DNA of 64,000 nucleotides from Rhodosorus marinus CCMP1338 (lineage: Eukaryota; Plantae; Rhodophyta): positions 1,984,001 to 2,048,000 of the forward strand of contig JAMWBK010000006.1 of assembly GCA_029953675.1 (NCBI GenBank). The letters are read 5' to 3'. The translations under genes were made by a program, and so were the position numbers. This document shows positions 37,900 through 49,715 of the stretch, piece after piece. Under the pieces are notes generated by a model that saw only the letters and a list, made by a program, of their open reading frames with translations, did no database searches and was not told the DNA's origin. Every line of letters begins with the position of its first letter. The stretch's first letter is position 1.

Positions 37900-39237
37900 T
37901 TACCATGGAACTTGGCCGCTAAATTTAGAATTTCCGCAGTGAAGAAGGACACCAGACATTTCAGGACAGCCAGCGGGATACGGGATCGTGCGAGCGAATG
38001 GGTTACGCTTTGCCCGCTTGCTTGTCAGGATCGTGTGTTGGCATCCGTTCGGGTCTTGCTCGAACGGCACAGCAGCACTGCTCAGCTCTCCGGACGTGGC
38101 TTCAACCTTTTCCGGGCGAGCGTTTGGAGATAATTTCAGTTTAGGACTGCTTCCTAGTGGTAGGTCGTCAACCAGACCCGAACAGCGCGCAGTAACGTAC
38201 CATGATAGGAGGATCAACCCCTAAGTAGTGCACAGTTGATTTTGGAAGCGAAAGTGCTTCTGCGTGCAATTCCAGAAATCTCCTCTTCTTGAACTTGAAT
38301 GACACTATGGTAGTATTTGATGGGTAGCGTCCTGTGAGCTCACGAAATCGGCACATGGAAAACGATAGGTTCTCAAACGAATCTCGAGCGTGCTCCTCCG
38401 TGAACGCTCTACTCGCGACCTGCGGATGGCCAAACCAGCCCAGTGCATCCGCAACAAGCCAGTACGTTTGCGCTTCGGAACGCGGTCCTGCCCTGTGACA
38501 CACCAAATCATCTTTCCTCAGCTCCATCAGATCAACTACCTCCTAGTCGGCGAGTTCGTGTGTCTCGGGCATGAAGGAGGCTCTGCTCCTCGCTTCAAAA
38601 CTTGCTCTAATAAGTTTGGCGGTTGCTTAGTTCTTTATCACTAAAACCAGGAGCAGAGCCGCTTTCAACAAGATCGAACGTCACAAGCATCGCTCGCAGA
38701 CGAGAGCAGGAAAGATACCGAACTTTTTCATGCGCAGAACGCACCCTTTCCTTGTTTCACCCCCAGAGAATATGAGGAGCGACATGGAGTCCGTTGCAGC
38801 TGCTTCAACTCCGGTTTTCATATGTTCAATGAATGTAGACACCTGCCCTGCCTGACCTTGTTCGAGAAACCAGTTGCTTTCATTATAAATTGATTCCCTT
38901 GTCCAAACTCCAGAGACATAAATAGCATGGCCAGCGACCATTACAAGAGATTCCAGTCCTGTTCGGAGGAGACAACAGCCCGATCCAGGGGCAATCAAGA
39001 AATTCTTCCATCAGGCAAAAGCGGACAGACACGAGGTCTTGAGCAAGTGGATTAGATCTTACCAAATCCAGGCATCATCGGCGGTCTATAAACGGGCAGC
39101 GTGCGTCCCGTCGTATTGACATCGGCATGTCGAAACTCACCAAACCCGTTCAGCCGTATGATCAAAATTCCCGCCACATAAAGCCCGACAATGATGAGAA
39201 ATCGCTTGCTTCGCAAAAAGGAGCTACTGACAGCCAT
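37900..39237 (-). CDS. YOR238W/C57A10.07-family (DUF218-like Rossmann fold) membrane-anchored protein, multi-exon
   Basis: N-terminal TM; LVMVAGHAIY, LLIFSGGETR, AGPRSEAQTYW, TEEHARDSFENLSFSMCRFRELTGRYP..KFKKRRF..H, FEQDPNGC..KRAKRNPFARTIPYPAGCPE..W. Confidence 0.85.
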
Positions 39238-39597
39238 TCCTTCTGAGTTCCTGTGGAACTTTCATCAGACCGACCAGGCTTTCAATATCCGACCAACTCC
39301 CCCGCCACTTCAATGCGATCATCTCATGCACGCACCAATAACAGAATCATCTAGCTGAGCAATGGCTAAATCGATACAGAGAATCTCTCTCTCAACTAGA
39401 CACGATCTTGTGAACGGGAGGAGAGGGCTTCATAGATTCTATAGCTTTCTCTCGCTGAGGATCTAAGTTCAAACGATTCTGGGCAACGAAAAGAGATCGA
39501 TTGAGTCCATGGGGGTTCCTCACACGATCCCTGGGACTGTAGTGAGCGACTGGTCGACAGCACAGCATGGTGGATGTTGTTGTCGCGTTCATTGATT

Positions 39598-39725
39598 TGA
39601 GTTATTTGGCTCTATCGGAGTGCTTGCTTTCTTTGCACGACAGATGCACCTGTCCTTCAAGAAAAGTAGGATCTCTACATTTGTGAGGTTCATGGCAGGG
39701 TGTCGCGTGTACAGATCTCACAAAT
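39598..39725 (+). ncRNA. Candidate box H/ACA snoRNA (~128 nt)
   Basis: 5' hairpin GGAGTGC/GCAC..TCC, H box AGAAAA 39660-65, 3' stem GATCT.TACA/TGTA.AGATC, ACA 39720-22. Confidence 0.3.
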
Positions 39726-40117
39726 TTCGGAGGAGGGGGTGTCGATGTTCGCCGGCTTCAATCGAAACTTTCGAGTGGTACCCTTGGACCTTGCGCGATG
39801 ACTGTTAATGGTACGGTGAAGCGGCCGTGTGTCCTCCCTTCAGCGCGTCGTTTCTCTCCAGAGGAAATCAAAATCTACATCGATTTACTTCCCATGCGGA
39901 TCGCTTCCTCTCTTGTCCCTTTGGCCTTCTTCCCATTCAGCCTTCCTTGAGGCAAACAGGGCCGAACTGTTCGTTGGCAACTGGATAATTGTCTAAGAAA
40001 AAACGATCTGGGACTGCGTCGTGTTTCAATCCATTCTACCGTGCATTCGTTACGATGGGGCTTTGTTACGGATCTTCTTCAAAAGGTCGGGTCGTCATTG
40101 CAGCCGCCGCGTGGCGC

Positions 40118-40966
40118 TCAGCTTCGAACGTCCTCTTCGTCATCGTCGTCGTCATCATCGTCGTCGTCGTCATCGTCCTCATTGTCTTCCCCGAAATCCA
40201 GATCCGCCGCGTCCTTGTTATCCCAATTTGAACCTTTCCAAGAGATCAGATGAATAAAATGGTCAGCACTACTTCTCATGCTGCGCCGTATGCGCAACCA
40301 AGAATGAAGATTTCAATTACCGAAGTTGTAGTCATCTTCTTCATCTTCGTCTGTCCAATGGTTCCAATCGATCTTGCAGTGAACGTTCTTCTTCGTGTCC
40401 TTCAGCAGGCGCTCCCAGTACGGCCCCTTCTCATTCTTGACTATTTTTAATTGAACGCTTCTGGCTTCAACGCTACATTTTGTCTCCTATGAAAGCGTGA
40501 TTCAAGTGAACAAACGGGTAAGCGGGCTGGCAGAGGTTATGAGCAGCTTTTCGCATTGGCAGTGATTGAATATTACGCACCGATGCTTTTATCGGATGCA
40601 ACAGTTGGACGGACATCTCATACAGATGCTCATCTCCAGCAGGTCCACCAGTTCCCTTAAAGTAGATCGATCCTTCGTCCAAAGCCTTGATCTGGGCGTC
40701 CGAACTCCTCACGTTGGGAACAGTGATCGTCATGAAGATCATGTCTTTCGTTTGAGCCCACAAGAACTCCGGGTGAAGTGCGCTATTACCATCGAAGCGA
40801 AACATAGACCAAACCGTAAAAAATGGACGACATGTGATTAGTACAATAGCACTAGCAGCATCCACCACACCCGCCGGTCACGCTACGTAAAACATCCAAG
40901 CAATACGAAACCACACAAACGATCACCCAAAACTTCTAAAACACTGACGATCTCTCACCTTTCCAT
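40118..40966 (-). CDS. Hsp90 co-chaperone p23 (CS domain, acidic tail), multi-exon
   Basis: HPEFLWAQTKDMIFMTITV, YWERLLKDTKK..KIDWNHWTDEDEE and a poly-Asp tail match the p23/PTGES3/Sba1 family. Confidence 0.9.
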
Positions 40967-43309
40967 ATTTCCAAAAGCTCTAACAAACAAGACAAACAAC
41001 TTCAAACGACCCGGCTAGACACAAAACCCACACAATCAACGGGCCTCCCCACCGCCCAACACAAAAACCCCACCGTAAGATCTGGAACCGTCCGACTAAT
41101 CGAACAAATTCTCAATCCCCAACGAAACGATTTCTCCAAAATCACAGAAGCCCAATCTACCCCTTCACACCCTCCAGCAGTCCTCGGCAATAACAAAATA
41201 TTACCCCAAACCCTCTCCCCCGTTCTTAGAGCCGTTCTCATCAAATGCCCCCAATTCGCCCGAAAAACTGCCCAAGAACAACAAACAGAGCTCTATAGAC
41301 ATACTAATCCAAATTACCATTTTACATTATATTTATGACACAAAACTTAAATAATATCCCATTTTCATTAGCCTATCCTCCATGAATTTTATAATATATT
41401 CCAATTGTACGGTATATTTATATTTTAGACAGTAAATATTATTTGATAATAATATATTTCTTCCCCTCTGTTTGCCGATGAGATACTACATGAAATCCGA
41501 CGTCCACCCACCCATCTCTCTCCCCCTCCCCGCCGCGACCCACACCGATCCCCCCCTGTTAATTTCTTTCTACTGTGAATAGCCTTTGGATATCCAAAGT
41601 ATCGTTGAATTTAGTTTTATAAAATATATTTAGGAATTGTTATGGAAGGGAAAGGGGGGGGGGGGAAGAGAGGGGAGGGGTCTGATGGATAATCTGGCCT
41701 CGGTGTCCGAAAAAAGATAAAAAAGAAGGTTCTTCGAGAAGCCTCCTAAATGAATGATGATCGTCTGTATTGATGGTCGCGTCCGTGCCGTGAGGGACGT
41801 TGAAGGGGAGAGGGAGGGGCGGGGATAGTGCGCGGGACCTCTTTTAAACTTGTACGGAATAGAAGGAAGAAAGGGTTTTTATTTTTGTTCGTTGGCTAAA
41901 TGAGTAGCCCAGAGTCACAACGCAATTCATCAATACAATGGAAAAAAATTATGCCTAGGTGTCCGATGGGGGGAAGAAAATACCGCAATACTTTTGATTT
42001 AATCCAATCGTCGATGATAATTGGTCATGGAGTCAGTCAATATAAAACTTAATCCAATTAAGTTGCTGGTCCATCGCGCGAATTTGAAGTATCTGCTGCG
42101 GTAGAACTCCAGAACCGCCGTACGCTTTTTTTTTCAAGTTTTAGAAAAAGAATAAGGACTTTCAGTCTATGAATAAGTTGCTTATGAGGTAATTGGCTGG
42201 AGGAACACTATTATATTCTAATATGATTTTATTATAAAACAGTATCACCGTATTAAAGATTGATCTTCAATCATTTAGTTTTTGCATGGACCTCAACAGT
42301 GGGTGGAATTGCGAGTCTTCTTCAATATAGCTTTTGTTTCGGACTATAAAAATGTTATGTTATTGATGAACTCTCCAAATAGAGGGGTAGGATTTCTAGC
42401 CAAATGTGTTTGGATTGATGTCTTGGTTTCCTTTTGTGCTTTCGTTCGGTCCTCGTTTGGACTGAAGAAGCGGACAGCAGCTAAAACTGAAAACTCTAAC
42501 CAGTTTTTGGTCGGTTTTCAAGGGTCGGTTTGCTGCGATTGAGATGGGCATAAATTGGTAAGGAAGAAACGCTCCTTCGTTTACGTTGGGTGAACGCATA
42601 TATGTTGGTATGTTGTTCCTACTGCTAGGCTCTGTGCCGATGATGGTAGTCATCAGGCTTCCCACCCCTAAGGATGTTTTCGGATAGTGCGAAGATAGTA
42701 GCCTAACCACCGATCTGCAGACTCGTGCGGATGGCAGAGTTTTCCCCTCCCACTTTTTCTCGCCGTGGACGTTGTACACGATCTTCAGCGTGATACTTGG
42801 GACAACAGTAACCCGAATTATCTACAACTGTGCTCAGGCAAGAACTCGTCACAGTAGAAACAGTCAGTTTTTCTGGATATGTGCCTACTTGGAAACCTGA
42901 GAGTTCAGATCAGTTCAGTTGCAAACCTAGGGAAGAAAACAAGTTACCAACTCCTATCCTTTGCGGGACTAGAAAGTCCAACTGAACTTCTAGTCCTGCA
43001 CACATGTTTCAAAAGATGCAGTGATCTACTGCACGAACCGCCTCTGCTGTTTCTCCCAAGCATTTGCGATACAGATGCGCCGGCTTCGTACTATATTGTA
43101 AAGTACAACATAGTACTGCGGTACGATTCAAGGACGGGGCGTGTGCGGATGGTCAAGTCGAGCAACAGGCATGCGAGGAGGGGGAAAGGGAAAGTGCTAG
43201 TCTTTCCTTGATGAAAAGCACTCTATAGATTGTTAATATTGCATTGAGTCTTCGATATCGTTGACTCTTGATCCTGTGTTCGTTTTGGGGTAGGGGTAGA
43301 TTCCAGAAA

Positions 43310-43976
43310 ATGGTAAGTCGCGTTGAGCCGCACAACCTTATCCTTGTATTTGGTTCTCACTTGTCTAGAGGGAGAGAGTGGGCAACAGAACGTCTGTAAC
43401 ATGATCAAACCCTCACCGTTCACTTGCTTTTTTCTTTGGCCCGGCCGTTCTAGTCGAAGGGTACTGTGAATCCCAAGCCGTTCCTGCTCGATCTCATCGA
43501 CAAACCGGTGGTCGTGAAGTTGAAGTGGGGTCTTGAGTACAAAGGTAAGAATATGAATCTTTTTGCAAGACTCCCAGATGAAGATCTAGATTCCATGGGA
43601 TACGGGCTTCTGGTAGTGTCCGGGAATGCACTGCATCGGAGCAACTTCTCTAGTGGGGGCGTTTGCTCCCGACGTTTGTTGCTTTCTTCAACAATTCCAT
43701 CGGGCTAAGCACTTGAAACTTGTTTTCACTCTACAGGATTTCTTGTATCTGTCGATTCGTACATGAATCTTCAACTCACAAGCACCGAAGAATGGGTAGA
43801 CGGAGCCATGGCGGGGAAACTGGGAGAAGTTCTCATTAGGTGAGTTTGTGGGGTTCGTGCGCGCTTCTATCAAAGCGAAGACGTAGGAACCTGAACTGAA
43901 ACGGCTTTCGAACCTTCAATCTAGGTGCAACAATGTTATGTACATTAAGGCAGCCGAAGAGGCCGTAGAAAGTTAA
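43310..43976 (+). CDS. SNRPF: Small nuclear ribonucleoprotein F
   Basis: First coding exon is ATG alone (43310-12, then GTAAGT). Then [27 protein letters not shown]|[22 protein letters not shown]|CNNVMYI. Confidence 0.95.
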
Positions 43977-44645
43977 TTTTAAGTTCGCCGTTGGCGGTAC
44001 ACTATCATTTTGACTCCTTGCTAATGGCAAGCACAAGAGTAAACATTGAGAGCGCCTCAGCTGTTGAGCTAAACCCAGATTTCCCAGATTTCCCAGATCC
44101 GAGATGCAGCGTATTCATCTGCACGGAAGGACGAATACGAATTCCCGGCTGTGGGCAGTGAGGCCAATTGCGCCGTCTGCGGTGCTCCGTTGAGTTTTCC
44201 GTCCCTGTCGTGGCTTTCTTTGCCGCGATCACGCGTGGAAATTGGCAAGTTAGCTGGTTAACAGAGGGGAAGATCTAGTCCAAATAAAAGATCTCGTCTG
44301 AGTAATTAACTAATGCTCGTTGTCACTGGTCAGCTGATTTCGTCCTAATCACTGTCAAGCGCGGTTACGGCACTTTTGCAAACGAGCTTGTATAGCACCG
44401 TGGTAATCTACGATCGACATCCAAACGCGCGAGCTTCGGGCACACTTGTCACGGGAAGGGTGGAAATAATTTACATTGTTAAACTTCGCATTCTATGCAA
44501 CAGTACCAAGGTACAATAAAGAAAACTGTATCTACACAAACCTATGTACTTTTCTCTCAAATTCAGACTCTCATCTATCCACGGATCATAACCCGGCTAT
44601 ATCCATGCTAATTGAAACATGGGCCAGATTTCCAGAACTTCTCGT

Positions 44646-45272
44646 CTAGTTGCTGACGGGTACGCAGGGATTAAAAACCTTGTAAATTGGCACCTGTGCG
44701 GCCTTCTCCTGAAGTTCTGCGGATCCGCTTCTCTTGTTTCTTCCCAAAACGGAAATCGCAACTGCCTCAGCGTTCGCATCCAACCCTACCCAGGCCTTGG
44801 TTCGGATGCACCGTCCCTTGTCTTCAACATTGGCAATGTCGGCAAGGTTGAGGTCGTCGAGGACAATCCAGGATCCCTCGTATTCATTCCGCTTAATCCA
44901 ACTCTTAATCTCGTCCCGACGCGTTCTGGCGCTTACGGTGCCTTCCGCCAGAACGGGGGTAGTATCTATCCATCTTAGCCCGTGGACTTTAAAGCACTTC
45001 CTCAGATTTGTCAACAACTTCTTCGACTTTCTCCAATTCGAACTAATCACAATTTCACACCTCGTTTCCGTTACAATCCTCTTCAATCTGTGGAGGCAAT
45101 CTTTCCTCAAAAGTCCTCCTCTCCCGGATATCGGGTGCAAGACCCCATCAACATCCAGAAAGATGATCTTCTCCGGCGACTTCGACGGCGCAAACGCCGA
45201 TAGACTCAACGTACGAGGCATATTCAAACCCACGCCCACTCGCTTCCCTTGCTTCACCTCCTCAGACCCCAT
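44646..45272 (-). CDS. HAD-superfamily phosphatase, HAD_SAK_2 (Swiss Army Knife RNA repair-like) type; intronless
   Basis: IIFLDVDGVL (motif I), IVISSNWR, TTP, RRDEIKSW, WIVLDD (motif IV), VGL. Confidence 0.8.
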   Translation of the reverse strand: MGSEEVKQGKRVGVGLNMPRTLSLSAFAPSKSPEKIIFLDVDGVLHPISGRGGLLRKDCLHRLKRIVTETRCEIVISSNWRKSKKLLTNLRKCFKVHGLRWIDTTPVLAEGTVSARTRRDEIKSWIKRNEYEGSWIVLDDLNLADIANVEDKGRCIRTKAWVGLDANAEAVAISVLGRNKRSGSAELQEKAAQVPIYKVFNPCVPVSN

Positions 45273-47998
45273 TACTACTTGTAAAAGCACAGAACAAGAT
45301 CGCAACTTTAAGTCCTCTCAATACAAGTCAACACCTCATCCACCGTTATACCTATAAACCTCACAAACTACCAAATTTGCCAAGTCCACAAGCATGCACA
45401 TCTCCAGCCCATCTTCATGCTGCCGCCGCCTTCCACAATATATATATATGACCCGCCACCTCATCGTTTCAAGCACGGAGTAAACCAAAAAAACGAACAA
45501 AAAACAAAAACCCAAAAAAGGGCTGGGTGACTACGTCAAATCGAAAAAAACCTACTCCAATATTTCCAGCCTCAAAATGTCCCATTCTTAGACATTTTTC
45601 CAAAATTATCGACGCCCACATCGCGTTTCCTCTCCTCATCAGGAGAAACTCCTGGTGTTTTTTTTAATCCATTCTACCTTCTCACGAAACCGTCACTTTT
45701 GTTTGTCATATGAAAAACAAAAAAAATATAGCTGTTGGAGGGCAGGGTAAAATACGTGTTCCAAGTTCACTATTTCTTGGTGTTGTTTCATCTTGCCGGG
45801 GGGGGGGGGGTCTCGTGAATTTTTGGAATATAAATTTTGGCAGTACAGGAGATTCATCCTTTATCAGAAGGGGGTAGAAGAGAGTATATAGGTGTTTCGA
45901 TAGACAAAGAAAGGTCACGGGAGGGGCCAAAGGGCTCTGAAAAACTCATTAGATTTCTCAGAATTTTTTCAGTGCCAACAAAAAAGGAGGAGCCCTAGGC
46001 GTAAATATCAGAAAGATACACCTTCCACACACACCCCCTACCTTTATCACGAATAGATTGAGTTGGGAAGATTGCGAAGGGTTACATATAGTTAGCCAAG
46101 TTTTTTCCCCGAAATAAATTTAACCAATACAAAATATCTTCTTTTTAGGGTTGTTTGGTGGGGTTGGAGCATGCAACCGTTTTCGCGTGCACCTACGGTT
46201 CACCTGAACGCCTTGCTCGGAGCTCGCAAAAGGCTGCCGTTTTTACTAGAAAAAATGAGCCTATCCGTATCACTTACAATTCATTTTGGGAAGAATTGTT
46301 TCGTATCACTAGGTGCTAGAGAACACGCGAGGGATTGTTGTCCATCACAGACACAACTTCTCCCTACCGCCAAAAAGTGACGGGATTTCTTCCTGTTTTT
46401 GTTTTCCTTATTCATGCCCAGCTGGAAATAGAGCGTAGCAAGACCAAGTACTTTTTTAAGGGCGAGGAGACCGAACTCGTTCAGGAATTCAGAAACGCGG
46501 GAGAAGGTGTTTTTACGGTAATCATGAACTGTCGGATAGAGCGATATCGGACCGTCTGATATTGAAAAGCCCCTACCATGCATGAATTCGCACTGTGAAC
46601 AAAAAGAAGAAGATTGAGATTCAATCAATAACTGTCGTTGATTGCTAATATCGGACGTCAATCGGTTACGATTGAATTTGTTTTTGGTTACTGTTTTCGG
46701 AAGAGTATTTTTTTTCTTCAAATTCAGATATGATGAGCTCATATCGGACGCCATCGGAATTTCTTCTGTCCGTATTCTAGAATTAAGTTCTTTTGCCAAC
46801 GAACGAGTTTGTTTGGGAAAAGAAAATAGATGGCTTAGGAAGAGCTCTTCGTGAGCGTGCTCGTTACTCCATACCCGTAGAGCGCGTAGAAGGGTAAGGG
46901 GGGGTTCTAAACACCCTCCTGTTCGGGCTTGTATACGTATGACGAAAATATTTCTGATCAGGATCACATTGGGTAGAGGGGTACGCTCAGGACTACTGCC
47001 CGGGATAATCCTGTTCATCGCCTTTGGGCCTATATATATGTGTTGGAGAGCGTTAACGTACAATTGGTGCATTCATGGTCTCCCCTTGTCGGGTCGAACT
47101 GCTAACCTTTGGGCGGTAATCAGGAAACGGGGAAATTCAGGGGTTTTTATTCCAGCAGTGAACGAACCCCTGAACTCATTCCGGGCTCGGCTGTCAGAAA
47201 TTCACCTCGCCGTGGTTCTTGGCAGGCCTGATCCCAGCGCTGATTTCGACCGAGAAGATTTCACCAGGATCTGTTAGTCGCATCTTTTCCAATGCCGAAC
47301 CTCGGAATTCGAGCGCGGAGGACAGCGACTTGTAAAGCTCTCATGTGTCTGGCGGAGTAAAGTCTGGGGAATCAAAGACTGATGAGGATAGAAGGCACTG
47401 TGGCGAGTGCCGGCTGGAGTCGACTCCAGCTAGCACACTTTTTATGTCCCCCGGCTCAGCGGGCGCCTGCCGTCATGGGGTTCGTCAAAGGAGCAAGGAC
47501 CGCGTGCTCGCCATGATCCAGTGCCATGAGAAAATGACAGTTGCTCATCAATTCTGCTCCTTTACGCTTGCATACGCAAAAATCAAATTCGATTTAAAAT
47601 TAACACATTCATATCCAAAGAGGCCGTTCTTTTTCCCCCTTTCTCCCTTCCTATCTTTTCTAGAGCCTTGGTTGAATAATGAATATTGAATACTTTTATA
47701 AACAGTGCGACCGCAAGGCTAAAACTTTGGTAGAAAATTGCCTTCCAACGAGAAAACCCTTGTTTTTGAAGAGGAATGAGGAATTCGCGCTTAGCATTTG
47801 TGATCAAAACGGCCCCTTTTGAGAGCTGGTCTTTTTCTCCCAAAAGTTTCAAAACTTCATCTCCAGAGGGTTTTGGATCGTTACGGGAAATCGTTTTTCC
47901 ATTTTCGCCAAAGTAGTAAATACCACGGTGGCGAGCGCTGTGCTGGAAAAATAGAAATTTTTTGGCGTCCACACTGGCTGTATTATGCCGTGGAGGAC

Positions 47999-48042
47999 GC
48001 TGCTTCCCCACCCACTACCGTCGTAGTGGGTGGGGAAGCAGC
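47999..48042. repeat. Perfect 20-bp inverted repeat with 4-nt loop
   Basis: GCTGCTTCCCCACCCACTAC-CGTC-GTAGTGGGTGGGGAAGCAGC, checked base by base. Confidence 0.95.
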
Positions 48043-49715
48043 AGATCTCTTGTGTGCTGGCTCCAGGACTAAGCTCGTCAATATGAAGATACAAAGAAAA
48101 AAAAATTCGATTCTGATGACAGTACTATCAATATGTGAAAGAGTTGCACCGCCTTCAGCCCAGTTGAGTGGATGGAGATCGCCATCGGACCGGTCCAGAT
48201 GCCTTATTCTGAGTTTAAAAAAACGTTTTTCTTTTTTGAATGGCACGGGGCAGGCGATCCTAATCTCCTTTAGGACCAAAGGGGGACCGGAGGTGTGCCG
48301 CGTCTCTGCAGTATTGCTGTCTGCTTTCCGTCCCATGCTCGAAGCAAATCAGCCGCCACATCTTAAGCCGGCCGAGTCGTAGCGATATGAGCACGGGTAG
48401 CGCTGTGCTCTGGTCAAAAGCACCACTTGGAAGAGTTCTCTGCAAAAAACTAAACACGTGCAAGAAAGTGGTCGTTGGCGAAACTCAGTTCCTCCTTTAC
48501 TGACTCCTCTTACAAGGCTGGTGAATGATGATTTACTCAAGAGCCCAACTACCCCGCTAAGAGACGGCGGGCATTCAAGTTTCACCCCGTCCTGCAAGAA
48601 AAGCCCTTACACCCTCCCGTACAGCCACAAAATGAAGAGGGATTTAAGAACCACCTTTTTTGCCTTCCCCAGCCTCCAGAGATTGAGGACGCCGGGTGAC
48701 AAAGCGGGACAAGCGGGACAAGGATTGATGAATTCGAGAAACTATGAGCCGTACCCAACCCTGCCAAGCTGAAGCCTCCGCACTTTCTGATCATCTCATT
48801 GTTTTATCAGTGATACATTACCTTCTCATATACGCTTTAACAAAAAAAAACATATCTAAATCCGGAGAAAATTGATAAACTTAGAAACTCTCTGAATATT
48901 GTTTCTTATACCAATTATAGTCTTTGAGAAGATAGATAGTTGTGATCAGGATATGATTGGCTAGAATGCTTGGGATCAAGCCAATCATAGGATGGAAGAG
49001 GTAGTTTGGGTGTGGCGTCCACATGCACTTCCTGGCATATACCTAGAACGGGCGTGAGGAAGTGATCCATCGGAACAGTGCAATGTATTCATGGAGAACT
49101 TGGTGAGAACAAAAACTGTACGGGAGGGCTACGCGAGTTGCTACATATCTCGGCTCTACTGCCTGTGGATGATGTCCTGGTATGTGGCAGGAGAGCAGTG
49201 CCAAACGCAATCGAATCCTTTCCAGAGTATCCTTCGGGTGCGAATTGCTGTGTTTTCCGTTTATGGACATCCTGTGATTGTTGACCATTTGCTGATGGGC
49301 TTGAGAGATCTGAGCAGGCGGTCGTCGGTTTCCGGATGAATGGAAGTGTAGATAGTTGCACCCGCGGAAAACAAGGAGATCATTGATTTATTCTTCAGCA
49401 AGAGGCCTGTTGCTATTTTAGCGACATGGAGCGGCAGGAATAGCGGGACTGTGCCATATACTACGTGGCTCCCGGAGAGAGAGCACGACCTTGTTGATCT
49501 GAACCTTCCAACTTTGGTCCCCAAACTTGGCAATACGCCGTACAGCCTGTGTCCTCGGCAAGGGTCTTTGTTCTGGCCTATCAAAGGAGCCTGTGGTCTA
49601 AAGCGACTGAACCCGCAATTTCGAAAGCGGCCGTTTTCGACATGCTTCGAATTCCATTAGCCTTCTGCGGCCCCCTTTCCGGTACACCGTCTTTTCCACA
49701 CATTAAATGTTCTAT

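Noticed and set aside
39372-39383. CGATACAGAGAA match to the U6 snRNA ACAGAGA box
   Set aside because: The flanks lack the U6 5' stem and the downstream GATTAGCATGGCCCC.
40871-40882. 12-nt micro-exon in p23
   Set aside because: In frame either way and its donor (GTGTGG) is weak; it cannot be supported without cDNA.
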